Positions 37,080 through 46,478 of a stretch of DNA of 64,000 nt are shown piece by piece. Both the position numbers and the translations under genes were made by a program. The stretch is taken from the NCBI GenBank assembly GCA_963781845.1, contig CAWAHN010000016.1, forward strand, positions 147,409-211,408, read 5' to 3'. Origin of the DNA: an uncultured Chloroflexia bacterium (GTDB lineage Bacteria > Chloroflexota > Limnocylindria > Limnocylindrales > CSP1-4). Positions within the stretch are counted from its first letter, which is position 1. Every line of letters begins with the position of its first letter. Under the pieces are notes generated by a model, which saw nothing but the letters and a program-made list of their open reading frames with translations, made no database searches and was not told the DNA's origin.

Positions 37080-37119
37080 GTGGGAGCACGGACACGGCGA
37101 GGTTCTGGGCGCGCCTCGG

Positions 37120-38301
37120 CTAGAGGTTCCCGCGCTTCGCCTGTTCGCGCTCGATCGCCTCGAACAGCGCCTTGAAGTTGCCGACGCCGAAGCCGCGCGA
37201 GCCGTGCCGCTCGATGATCTCGAAGAAGAACGTCGGGCGGTCCTGGACCGGTCGGGTGAAGATCTGCAGGAGGTAGCCCTCCTCGTCGCGATCCGCCTCG
37301 ATGCCGAGCTCCTCGAGCGTGTCGATCGGGACGCCGACGTCGCCGACCCGCTCGGCCAGCGTCGCGTAGTACTCGTGCGGCAGGCCGAGGAATTCGACCC
37401 CGTTGTCCCGCAGCCGGCGGACGGTCCCGACGATGTCCTCGGTGCGCAAGGCGATGTGCTGGCAGCCCGGCGACCCGTACCAGTCCAGGTACTCCTGGAT
37501 CTGACTGCGCTTCTTGCCCGTGGCCGGCTCGTTGATCGGGAACTTGATCCGGCCGTTGCCGTTGGTCATGACCTTGCTCATCAACGCCGAGTAGTCGGTG
37601 TGGATGACCTTGTCGTCGTAGTGGATGAGCTGGCTGAAGCCCATGACATCGCGGTAGAAGTCGACCGACCGGTCCATCTCCCCGAGCGCGACGTTGCCGA
37701 CGCAGTGGTCGACCTCGAGCAGGGACAGGCCACCGGCAGCCGCCGCGGCCGCCTTGACCCGGCGGTAGCCCGGTGCGAACGCACCGTGGTACGCGCTCCG
37801 GTCGACGAACGAGTGGAGCGTCTCGCCGTAGGTCCTGATCGAGGCCGTGCGGAGGACGCCGTCCGCGCCACCGTCGAGCTCGGTCGGGGCGAGCGCCGAG
37901 ACCGCACCGCGCTCGGTGGTCGCTCGCCAGGCCGCCTCGACGTCGTCGACCGCGAAGGCGATGTCGTGGACGCCGTCGCCGTGGGCGCGGACGTGCTCGG
38001 CGATCTCGCCGTCGGGGGTGAGCGGCGCGGTCAGCACGAACCGGATCCCGTTCTGGACCATGACGTACGACGCCCGGTCGCGGACCTTGGTCTCGAGACC
38101 GCTGAAGGCGACCGGCGAGAAGCCCCACAGCGCCCGGTAGTAGGCGGACGCCTGCCGCGCGTTGCCGACCCAGAACTCGATGTGGTCGATCCCCTGGAGC
38201 GGGAGGAAGTCGCCCGCCTTGGCATAGGCGTCGCGGTCGATCCGCGCCCCAGCCTGGTTCGCCGCTCCGCGCGCAGCGGAACGGGCGGCCGTGTCGGTCA
38301 T
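37120..38301 (-). CDS. hppD: 4-hydroxyphenylpyruvate dioxygenase
   Basis: AGGAGG lies upstream of ATG 38301. HIEFWVGNARQA, HGDGVHDIAF, IKFPINEP, QHIALRTEDI and FFFEIIER..GFGVGNFKALFEAIE. Confidence 0.9.
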   Translation of the reverse strand: MTDTAARSAARGAANQAGARIDRDAYAKAGDFLPLQGIDHIEFWVGNARQASAYYRALWGFSPVAFSGLETKVRDRASYVMVQNGIRFVLTAPLTPDGEIAEHVRAHGDGVHDIAFAVDDVEAAWRATTERGAVSALAPTELDGGADGVLRTASIRTYGETLHSFVDRSAYHGAFAPGYRRVKAAAAAAGGLSLLEVDHCVGNVALGEMDRSVDFYRDVMGFSQLIHYDDKVIHTDYSALMSKVMTNGNGRIKFPINEPATGKKRSQIQEYLDWYGSPGCQHIALRTEDIVGTVRRLRDNGVEFLGLPHEYYATLAERVGDVGVPIDTLEELGIEADRDEEGYLLQIFTRPVQDRPTFFFEIIERHGSRGFGVGNFKALFEAIEREQAKRGNL

Positions 38302-38457
38302 CGCAAGAGCCTCCTGGCGACCGTTCGGGACTGTGGCCGTCCAGTATGAGGACAGCGGTCCTCTGCGTCGACGCCGGATGGACCGTGGTGCGGTCGTTCG
38401 CCGCCGCGGGGATGACGGTCGCGTGCAGCGGGGCCCCGGCGTGCGACACTGCGTCCG

Positions 38458-38979
38458 ATGGACACCACCAGCGCGACCGTCGCGCGGCTGCGCGCCGCCT
38501 CGCAGGGCTTCGGCGCGTTCCGCGGCGAGCTCGAGGCCGGGCGACCATGGCCGCTCCACAACGTCGAGCACGATGCCGGGCCCGAGTCCGAGTGGGGTCC
38601 GACCGAGGTCCTCGCCCACGTGACCGAGATGCTCCCGTTCTGGCTCGGCGAGATCGCGCGGATCCTCGACGGCTCGCCGGACCCGGTCCCGTTCGGCCGG
38701 ACGGCCACGGATCGGCTGCGCGTCCAGACGATCGAGCGCGACCGGACCCTGCCACCGGACGAGCTCCTCGATCGGGTCGACGCCGCCGTCGAGCGGTACG
38801 CGCGTCGACTCGGCCAGATGACCATGACCGATTTGGCCCGGCGTGGCCTGCATCCGACCCTGGGCGAGATGTCGGTCGGCGACATCCTCGAGCGGTTCGT
38901 GACGAGTCACGCCGAGGGCCACGTCGTCCAGCTGTCCCAGACGCTCGGCGCGACCACGCCCACGGCGGTCGATCGCTGA
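38458..38979 (+). CDS. DinB-family (DinB_2-like) protein
   Basis: WGPTEVLAHVTEMLPFW and RFVTSHAEGHVVQL. Confidence 0.6.
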   Translation: MDTTSATVARLRAASQGFGAFRGELEAGRPWPLHNVEHDAGPESEWGPTEVLAHVTEMLPFWLGEIARILDGSPDPVPFGRTATDRLRVQTIERDRTLPPDELLDRVDAAVERYARRLGQMTMTDLARRGLHPTLGEMSVGDILERFVTSHAEGHVVQLSQTLGATTPTAVDR

Positions 38980-39006
38980 CGAGCGGAGGGTAGACTCCGC
39001 GTCATC

Positions 39007-39483
39007 GTGAGCTTCCTGGATCTCGGCTCGACGCCCATCGAGGTCGCGGTGCGGACCGCGATCGTCTACCTGTTCCTCGTGGTCATCCTCCGGATCGCCG
39101 GACGGCGCGAGGTCGGCCAGATGTCGATCCTCGATCTGGTGGTGATCCTGATCATCGCCAACGGCGTCCAGAACGCGATGGTCGGCGAGAACACGACGCT
39201 CGCCGGCGGGCTCATCTCGGCCACCACGCTGGTCATCCTCGACCGTCTGCTGAACACCGTGACGCGGAGGAATGCCACGCTGGGCCGGATCCTCGAGGGC
39301 GAGCCCGTCCTGCTCATCAGCGGCGGGCGGATCCTGCCATCGGCGCTCGGCCGGGCATCGATCGACCGGGCCGAGCTGGACGCCGCGCTCCGGGCCCACG
39401 GCGTCGCGACCGTCCATGACGTGAGCCTGGCCGTGCTGGAGACCGACGGCTCGATCAGCGTGATCCCGCGCGACCCGGCCTGA
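39007..39483 (+). CDS. DUF421/YetF-like membrane protein
   Basis: VAVRTAIVYLFLVVILRIAGRREVGQMSILDLVVILIIANGVQNAM. Confidence 0.7.
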   Translation: MSFLDLGSTPIEVAVRTAIVYLFLVVILRIAGRREVGQMSILDLVVILIIANGVQNAMVGENTTLAGGLISATTLVILDRLLNTVTRRNATLGRILEGEPVLLISGGRILPSALGRASIDRAELDAALRAHGVATVHDVSLAVLETDGSISVIPRDPA

Positions 39484-39518
39484 CCTCGACCAGCTCCGCC
39501 GGTCCGGTCGGACGGACC

Positions 39519-41559
39519 CTACCCTCGGTCGCGCGACGGCGCCTCGGGAACGTGCTGGCGCAGGAAGGCCAGGATCCGGTTCCAGGCGTCGCGCCGGTCC
39601 TCGCGTCGCCGCCAGCCGTGCGCCTCGTCGTCGTACCAGTGGACCTCGTGGACCTTGTCCTCGATGACCAGGGCCTCGACCATCCGCTCGGTCATCAGCG
39701 GGACGACCCGCTTGTCCTTGCGACCGTGCATCAGCAGCAGCGGAGCTTCGATCCGTTCGGCGCGATAGACGGGCGAGCCGCGCCGGAAGCCGTCCACCCG
39801 CCCTGGATCGTCGGGCGCGCCCATCATCCGGTGGAGATCGAGGCGACCGGGTCGGTCGGTGCGCCGATAGGCCTCGGCGATCTCCGAGTCCCCGAACAGG
39901 TCGACTCCGGCGTTGCCAGATCCCGGGCTCCTCGACCAGCGCGGACAGCACCAGGTAGCCGCCGTACGACGCGCCGTAGGCGATCGATCGGCCATCGGAC
40001 CAGGGTTGCGCGGCCGCCCAGCGCGCCGCGTCGATGCAGTCGAGGGCGTCGGCGTGACCCCACTCGCCGACGTTGGCCAACCGGAACGTACGCCCGTACC
40101 CGGTGGACCCGCGGAAGTCGATGTCCAGGACCGCATAGCCCTCCCGGACCAGGATCTGCTTGAACGGCAGCCAGGCCCGAAAGCTTTGTGCGGTCGGACC
40201 GCCGTGCAAGTAGACGACCGTCGGGACACGACGACCACCGCGCTTCCCGGTCGCCCCGGCCGGTCGGAACAGGTTGCCCTCGAGTCGGAGGCCGTCGCGA
40301 GCCTCGAACCCGATCCGCTCGGCGTCGGCGAACCGGGCGCCGCGCAGCACCGCCGGCAGCGAGTCGGTCAGCTGGCGCGGCCGGGCGCCCTCGGGCGCGA
40401 CGCCCGGGACCGGCAGCAGCCACAGGTCCTGCGGCCGGCGCTCGGTCTCGCCCACGGCGGCGACCCACGCGCCGTCGGCCGTCCAGTCGATCGCCAGCCA
40501 TCGGCCGGGCCACGGGTTGACCACGACCGTCGCGCCGGTCGAGGCGACGGGACGGGGCTTCTTCGGCGGCCGACCGCGCGGTCGCTTGACCACGCCGATG
40601 CCGGCCATCGACGCCACGATCAGGTCGGCCGTCCCGTCGTGGATCTCCGGGTGGACGAAGCGGCCCCCGTCCGGCGAGGCGATCGGCACGAACCCGAACG
40701 ACCCGCCGGCCTCGCCGTGTTCGCGACCGGCGCCGGTCAGGACGGTCCGCCCGCGCAGGCTCGGGTCGACCCGCACGACCTGGAACCAGCCGTCGGCATC
40801 CGACAGGAAGAGCAGTGACCCGTCCGGCGCCCAGCTCGGCCCGCACTCCCACGCGTCCCCGGGCGGGATCAGGTGCTCGGCGCCGCTCGCGACATCGACG
40901 ACCGACAGCGCCGACCACCAGTCGTGGTCCTCTCGCTCGGCGGCCAGCGCGATCCGCGTCCCATCGGGCGACCAGCAGTACTCGTCGACATCGAGTCCCG
41001 GGGCGGTCAGGGCCGTGGGCTCGGCGGGCTTCGGGTTCGTCGCCGGTCGGCCTCGCCGCGGGACCGGAGCGTCGATCAGCCAGATCTGCGACCAGCCGCG
41101 CCGGCGGGAGACGAACGCGAGGCGATGACCGTCGGGTGACCATCGAGGTCGCGTGTCGCCGCCGGGGTGGTCCGTCACCCGGACCTGCCGCGACCCGTCG
41201 GCATCGACGACCCAGATCGCACGATCGCGGACGTACGCGAGCCTGCGCCCATCCGGTGACCACTGCGGATCCGAGACGTCGAGCTCGGATGCCGTCACCT
41301 GGAGGGGAGCTCCTCCGCGCAGCGACATGACGAACAGCTGCCGTGCCCCACCGGCTTCGTCGGTGAACGCGACCGACCGGTCCCGCGGGTGGAGTCGGTA
41401 TTCGCGCGGCGGATCGAACGCATCGAGCCGCTCGACGGTGATCGGATCGCCCGGCGTGGATCGGGTCTCGACGACCGGGGCCGGGGCGCGTCGGCCCTCA
41501 TCGAGTCGTCCGGACAGGACCGGAGCGCGGACGGACGTCGACGGTCGATCCCACGCCGT
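39519..41559 (-). pseudogene. S9-family (prolyl oligopeptidase/acylaminoacyl-peptidase-like) serine peptidase; frameshift near 39908-39916; start codon unresolved
   Basis: Beta-propeller repeats (WSPDGRRLAY, WSPDGHRLAF, WSPDGTRIAL, WAPDGSLLF), VVYLHGGP and the nucleophile motif GASYGGYL. After ALVEEPGIW the sequence continues in another frame as AGVDLFGDSEI..LLLMHGRKDKRV..DEAHGW. Conserved-looking sequence runs from first ATG 41328 up to the proC stop. Confidence 0.7.
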
Positions 41560-42426
41560 TCATCGCCGGGCGGGCGCTCCCGGCTCGGCGGATGCACTCG
41601 CCTCGAGCTGGTCGCCGAGCTCGACGGTCCGACGGTACGCCGCCCAGACGGCCTCGGACAGGACCGTCCGCAATCGGCCCGACTCCAGCTCGTGGAGCGC
41701 GGCCGCGCTCGTCCCGCCGGGCGAGGTCACCATGTTCCGGAGGACGGCCGGGTGATCGCCCGACTGCTTCGCGAAGTAGGTGCTGCCTTCGAGCGTCTCG
41801 ACGACCAGGTCGTGGGCCACGTGTCTCGGGAAGCCCAGATGGACCGCGGCGTCGACCAACGCCTCCATGACCAGGAAGACGTAGGTCGGGCCGGTCCCCG
41901 AGACCGCGGTCGCCATGGCCACGAACTTCTCGTCGTCGACCTCGAGCTCCATCCCGAGCGCGCCGAGGAGGGCGCTCGCCTGGGCGCGCTGCTCGGCGGT
42001 GGACTCCGGGGTCGCGTACCAGACCGTCACGCCGCGGCCGAGGCGGGCGGGCGTGTTGGGCATGCTTCGGACGATCCGGCGATGACCGAGGAACCCCTCG
42101 AGCGCCGTCGTGGTCGCGCCGGCGATCACCGACAGGACCAGTTGGTCGTCGCGCAGGTGCGGCCGCAGCTCGGCGCCGACCCTGGCCAGCATCTGGGGCT
42201 TGATCGCCAGCAGGATCACGTCCGCGCCGGCGACGGCTTCGACGTTCGAGGCGACCGTCCGGATGCCGTACAGACGCGCGAGCTCCTCTCGGCGTTCGGC
42301 GCGCGGATGGCTGGCGACGACCTGTTCCGGGGCGACGAGCTGGCCGCGCAACAGCCCGGCGATCATCGCCTCAGCCATCACGCCGGATCCGACCGTCGCG
42401 ATCGTCCGCTTCGACAGGGGGGACAT
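41560..42426 (-). CDS. proC: Pyrroline-5-carboxylate reductase
   Basis: IATVGSGVMAEAMIAGLL, LLAIKPQ, RSMPNTPA and VTSPGGTS. Confidence 0.88.
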   Translation of the reverse strand: MSPLSKRTIATVGSGVMAEAMIAGLLRGQLVAPEQVVASHPRAERREELARLYGIRTVASNVEAVAGADVILLAIKPQMLARVGAELRPHLRDDQLVLSVIAGATTTALEGFLGHRRIVRSMPNTPARLGRGVTVWYATPESTAEQRAQASALLGALGMELEVDDEKFVAMATAVSGTGPTYVFLVMEALVDAAVHLGFPRHVAHDLVVETLEGSTYFAKQSGDHPAVLRNMVTSPGGTSAAALHELESGRLRTVLSEAVWAAYRRTVELGDQLEASASAEPGAPARR

Positions 42427-43442
42427 GACCACGAGTATACGTGTCGACCCTGCCGCCTGGACCCATTCGGACCGGCTGATCCCGGGCCGTGCGGGCCGCC
42501 ATCTCGTGGCCGGGCGGCGGGCCGCCGGGCGCGCATGGTCCGCTCGTTGAGCCTCGTGGTCGGGCTGCGGGCCGCCGGGCGCGCATGGTCCGCACGTTGA
42601 GCCTCGTGGTCGGGCTGCGGGCCGCCGGGCGCGCATGGTCCGCACGTTGGGGGCTCTACCGGCCCTCCCGGCGCCTGGATCGACCGTCGACCCGATCCTG
42701 GTGCACGCTCGGGAGGGACCTGCGCGCCGCCTCGGACACGGCGGATCGGGGCGGATCCACCGCGAACGTGCGTGGCCTGCGCGCCTGACCAGAAGGACAG
42801 GCCGGCCATGGGCACCGACGGGTCACGGAGCCACCCCGGGATCGCGCGGCCGTCCATCGGGAACGCACTGCGAAGCACCGTTCGATGCGCTTCGACCCGA
42901 CGACGGTTGGTGCTCGATTCCGCGACGACGACCCAGCAGCCGACGATGGACGCATCCCACCCACGTGCCTGAGCGATGCCGCGCGCGAGGCGTCGCTTCC
43001 GGTCGAGCGTTCCCATCAACTCGTTGACGTCGACGATGTCCGTCTTGATCTCGACGACCAGCACGGCTCGACGCACCGCGTGCCAGGCCAAGACATCGAC
43101 GATCCCACGCTCACCGTACGTCGAGAACGACACCTCCGGTGCCGCGACCCATCCCGACAGGCCGGCAAAGGTCCGGGCGAGCTCCTCATGCAGTCGAGAA
43201 TGGCGAGCGTTCAGCAGTCGATCAAGGTCGCCGCCGCGCCAACGCGGCACGAGGTCTAACCGGACGTCGAGCGCCGCTGCCATCCGCCGGATCGCGTCGA
43301 GCGTGTGATCCTCAAGGTGTCCTCGCTCGACACGAGACACCGACGACCGATGGACGCCGATCGCCTCGGCCAGGTCGACCTGGCGCCAGCCTCGTCGATG
43401 CCTGACCAGTCGAAGCGCTGCACCGACATGCTGATCGTCCAC
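42378..43442 (-). CDS. XRE-family HTH protein with a PD-(D/E)xK-like C-domain; 3' end unreliable
   Basis: HTH WRQVDLAEAIGVHRSSVSRVERG, then ERGIVDVLAW..LVVEIKTDI. GTG 43442 is proposed as the start. Past about 42790 the ORF becomes low-complexity, crosses the 50-bp repeats and overlaps the proC start. Confidence 0.5.
   Translation of the reverse strand: MDDQHVGAALRLVRHRRGWRQVDLAEAIGVHRSSVSRVERGHLEDHTLDAIRRMAAALDVRLDLVPRWRGGDLDRLLNARHSRLHEELARTFAGLSGWVAAPEVSFSTYGERGIVDVLAWHAVRRAVLVVEIKTDIVDVNELMGTLDRKRRLARGIAQARGWDASIVGCWVVVAESSTNRRRVEAHRTVLRSAFPMDGRAIPGWLRDPSVPMAGLSFWSGAQATHVRGGSAPIRRVRGGAQVPPERAPGSGRRSIQAPGGPVEPPTCGPCAPGGPQPDHEAQRADHARPAARSPTTRLNERTMRARRPAARPRDGGPHGPGSAGPNGSRRQGRHVYSWSCPPCRSGRSRRSDPA
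42503..42648. repeat. Non-coding 50-bp tandem repeat, about 2.9 copies
   Basis: GCCGCCGGGCGCGCATGGTCCGC(T/A)CGTTGAGCCTCGTGGTCGGGCTGCGG, with GCCGCCGGGC at 42521, 42571 and 42621. The period is not a multiple of 3. Confidence 0.85.
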
Positions 43443-43519
43443 GAGCCGAAGTGTCTTCGGGGCCCATCGACCTCGACTTATCCCGCCGATGAGTCGGTCG
43501 CGCTGCTCGGCCGACCGGG

Positions 43520-44529
43520 CTAGTCGATCGCGACCCCGAGCACGAAGAACCGTGGCGTGGCAGCCGACGTCCACGGCGCTGAAGCCGGCCGCCGCGAGCG
43601 CTCGACCGAGTCGTGCCGGGTCGCGGCGGACCTTGATGACCCGGAACTCGCGTCCGTCGGCGAGGCGCCGGCGGTCGATGCCGAGCTCGACCTCGTCGGT
43701 CGGCGTGTCGGGCTGGTCGGTCGCACCGGACGCCGGATCCGACCCGCGAATCGATGAAGGCGAACCGTCCACCCGGCTTGAGCCAGCGGCGGACGAGATC
43801 GAGGAACTCGCCGAGCCGATCGTCGGGAACGTGGCTCAGCCAGAAGCCGCAGAACACCGCGTCGACCGCCCGGTCCGGCTCGGCCCAGGCATCGCGAACG
43901 TGGATGTGGGCCCGCAGCCGATGAGCCAGCAGGCGCTCCCGCGCTCGGTCGAGGGGCGCCTCCGCCGCGTCGTAGATCGACAGCTCGCCCTTGGAGGCGA
44001 GCAGCGGGCTCCACCATCCGGTGCCCGCCGCGAGCTCGACGATCTCCCCGCTCAGCGGTAGGCCGTCGAGCCACAGCGTCGCCTGGTCGAGCTCGGCGGT
44101 CCAGACCGCGTCATCGATCGGACCGTGCGCGTAGCGGCCGCGGCGCAGGTACCAGTCGTCGTACTCGCCGGCCCGTGCCGCGTAGTAGGCGACCATCTCG
44201 GACGACAGGTCCGGCGCGATCGCCGTCGGGACCGTGACCTGGGCCGGGACGAGATCTTCCGTCGGGTCCGCGACCGACGCGACGGCCGGGACCGACGCGA
44301 CGGCCGGGACTGACGCCACGACCGGGAGCGTGGCCCCGACGGACGCCTGGCTCATCGTGCGTGCCCGCTCGTCGAGGGCGGCTTTCAGGCGGAAGCGCAG
44401 GAAGCCGTTCTCGCCCGCCCTGCCGATGCAGTCCGGACACAGCTGGGCGAACCCCTCGAGGTCGTCGGGGCCGCGGACCGTCCAGGGGCTGCCGCACCAG
44501 AGGCACTCGAACGTCGGCCGGAACGGCAT
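43520..44529 (-). pseudogene. Class I SAM-dependent methyltransferase with an N-terminal Cys4 zinc-ribbon-like segment; two frameshifts
   Basis: CLWCGSPW..CPDC, the SAM motif IVELAAGTGWW and KPGGRFAFIDS. The frame changes near 43745 (to DPASGATDQPD..REFRVIKV..) and near 43558 (to TPRFFVLGVAID-stop). Confidence 0.6.
44273..44326 (-). repeat. 18-bp in-frame tandem repeat, 3 copies
   Basis: ACCGACGCGACGGCCGGG repeated, encoding (VPAVAS)n in the methyltransferase linker. Confidence 0.7.
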
Positions 44530-44546
44530 GGCGATCTCGCTCGTCG

Positions 44547-45473
44547 TCAGACGAGCGGCGTCCAGCTTCCGAGCGGCGACGTCTCGACGAACCCATCCGG
44601 GTCGAAGATCTCCGCCAGCAACGCGATCCCGTCGATGACCCGCGGCCCCGGCCGCGAGAAGTAGGACGAGCCGTCGACCGCGAAGACCTGGCCGCGCCGA
44701 ACGGCTTCCAGCTCGCGCCAGAAGGTCGGTCTCGGGGTCCGCTCCCACTCCGCCACCGTCTCTGCGAGGTGATAACCGCAGGGCATGAGGATCAGCGACT
44801 CCGGGTCGACCGCGCGGATCGCGTCCCACGTCGTCGGGGTCGACTTCTCGCCCTCGCGACCGAGCAGATCCCAGCCGCCGGCCCGCCGGACCTGCTCCGG
44901 CACCCAATGGCCGAGCGCGAACGGCGGGTCCAGCCACTCGAGCGCGACCACCCGGACGGCCGGCTGACCGCCCTCGCGACGCCGGGCCTGGCGGGTCTCG
45001 AGCTTGCGCAGGCGCTCGCGAAGCTCGGCCACCACGTCGATCGCCGCGTCCTCGGCCTCGGTCATCGCGCCGACCGTCGAGATCGAGTTCAGGATCCCCT
45101 CGATCGACGTGGGTTCGAGCGACACGACGCGGATGTCGGCGTCGATCGCGCGGGCGACCTCGTTGACCTCGCGGTACCCGACCGCGCAGACCTCGCACAG
45201 CTCCTGGGTCAGGATCAGGTCCGGTTCGGCCGCGGCCAACGCCTCCTCGTCCAGCTCATACAGCGACGAACCACCGTGGAGGGCCTCACCGACCAGTCGG
45301 TCGATCTCTCGAGACGACCGCCCGGTCAGGTCCTGGGTACTACGCGTGACGACCGGGATCCCGGACGTCTCGGGCGGCCAGTCGCATTCGTGCGTCAAAC
45401 CGACCAGCTCGTCGCCGAGACCCAGGGCGAACACGATCTCGGTCGCCGAAGGAAGGAGCGAGACGATCCGCAT
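44547..45473 (-). CDS. Periplasmic-binding-protein fold (BtuF/FhuD class) protein with no signal peptide
   Basis: MRIVSLLPSATEIVFALGLGDELVGLTHECDWP and PDLILTQELCEVC. Confidence 0.7.
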   Translation of the reverse strand: MRIVSLLPSATEIVFALGLGDELVGLTHECDWPPETSGIPVVTRSTQDLTGRSSREIDRLVGEALHGGSSLYELDEEALAAAEPDLILTQELCEVCAVGYREVNEVARAIDADIRVVSLEPTSIEGILNSISTVGAMTEAEDAAIDVVAELRERLRKLETRQARRREGGQPAVRVVALEWLDPPFALGHWVPEQVRRAGGWDLLGREGEKSTPTTWDAIRAVDPESLILMPCGYHLAETVAEWERTPRPTFWRELEAVRRGQVFAVDGSSYFSRPGPRVIDGIALLAEIFDPDGFVETSPLGSWTPLV

Positions 45474-45527
45474 GCGGGATGGCCGGGCCGGTCGACGCTG
45501 GGCGGCGTCCCAGCGGACCCGCTCGGG

Positions 45528-45815
45528 TCAGGCCGGCTTGAGCCGGTCGACCTCCGCTCGTGCAGCCGCCTTGTCGGTGAACCAGATCGCGTCGACCTGC
45601 GTGTAGGCCGCCCACTCGACCGGGACCGACTCCTCAGGGAAGATCGCGTTGACGGGGCACTCAGGCTCGCACGCACCGCAGTCGATGCACTCGTTCGGGT
45701 CGATGAACAGCTTCCGGTCGGTGCCTTCCTCGAAATGGATGCAGTCGACCGGGCAGACCGATACGCACGACGTGTCGATCACGTCGACACAGGGCTCGGC
45801 GATCACATAGGTCAT
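45528..45815 (-). CDS. fdxA: 7Fe-type ferredoxin
   Basis: CVDVIDTSCVSVCPVDCI and CIDCGACEPECP. Confidence 0.88.
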   Translation of the reverse strand: MTYVIAEPCVDVIDTSCVSVCPVDCIHFEEGTDRKLFIDPNECIDCGACEPECPVNAIFPEESVPVEWAAYTQVDAIWFTDKAAARAEVDRLKPA

Positions 45816-45915
45816 TCGGGTTGTTCTCCCTGGAGCATCGTCTCGACCTGTCCTCGCGACACGTTCCGCGGGACGGCGAAGAGCGTATCACCGAGCCGCC
45901 CTCGACCGCCGGGCG

Positions 45916-46419
45916 TCACGAAGCCGGCGCCACGAAGTGGACCGGGACCTGCATCCCCTTCTCCCAATGACCCGGGATGTGGCACCCGACGATGAGCGGG
46001 TCGGTCGAGGTCGGGACCGTCCATGTCACGTCGACGCGCTCACCCGAGCGGACGACGACCCGGAGACCCTGCCGGTCGGGCGGCACGCTGACCCGTGGGG
46101 TGGGGCCCGGCGGTGCGCCGACGGTCGCCGCCTCGGCGACCTCCCAGGCGTCCTGGGTCGCCACATCGCCGATGACGACCTCGTGGGTCTCGAGGCCGCC
46201 GTTGATGATGTGGAACACCACCGTCTCACCCGGTGCCAGGTCGATCGCGGGCGGGTCGAAGCGGTATTCGCGCGCGATGATGTTGACGTCCCGCGGGGAT
46301 GCGGCGGTCCCCGGCGAGATGGGCGGCGTCGCGACGGGAGCCGAGCTCGCACAGGCCGCGACGCTCGCCGCCAGGACCACCAGAAGGAACGGCGCGCGGA
46401 GCGTTCCGAGGGGGAGCAT
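45916..46419 (-). CDS. Cupredoxin (type-1 copper) lipoprotein
   Basis: Lipobox LAASVAAC. Copper ligands in ETHEV and CHIPGHWEKGM. Confidence 0.75.
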   Translation of the reverse strand: MLPLGTLRAPFLLVVLAASVAACASSAPVATPPISPGTAASPRDVNIIAREYRFDPPAIDLAPGETVVFHIINGGLETHEVVIGDVATQDAWEVAEAATVGAPPGPTPRVSVPPDRQGLRVVVRSGERVDVTWTVPTSTDPLIVGCHIPGHWEKGMQVPVHFVAPAS

Positions 46420-46478
46420 CGGGGGCGAGTCTAGGCGGTTCTCGTCGTGCTTGACATCGGCGCGCCCGACGCGCCACA

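Noticed and set aside
37120-41328. A single 1402-aa ORF
   Set aside because: It is a composite. It joins the N-terminal part of the S9 peptidase, its out-of-frame continuation after a frameshift, sequence antisense to the DUF421 and DinB genes, and hppD. hppD has its own RBS and ATG at 38301.
42503-42648. Possible CRISPR array or MITE
   Set aside because: There are only about 3 abutting 50-bp units with no spacers, and I saw no terminal inverted repeats or target-site duplication. It is reported as a plain tandem repeat.
43312-45198. 628-aa ORF on the minus strand
   Set aside because: It is a composite of an out-of-frame read through the BtuF-like gene, the methyltransferase N-part and its frameshifted tail. 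Real gene boundaries are supported by ATG 44529 and the stop at 44547.
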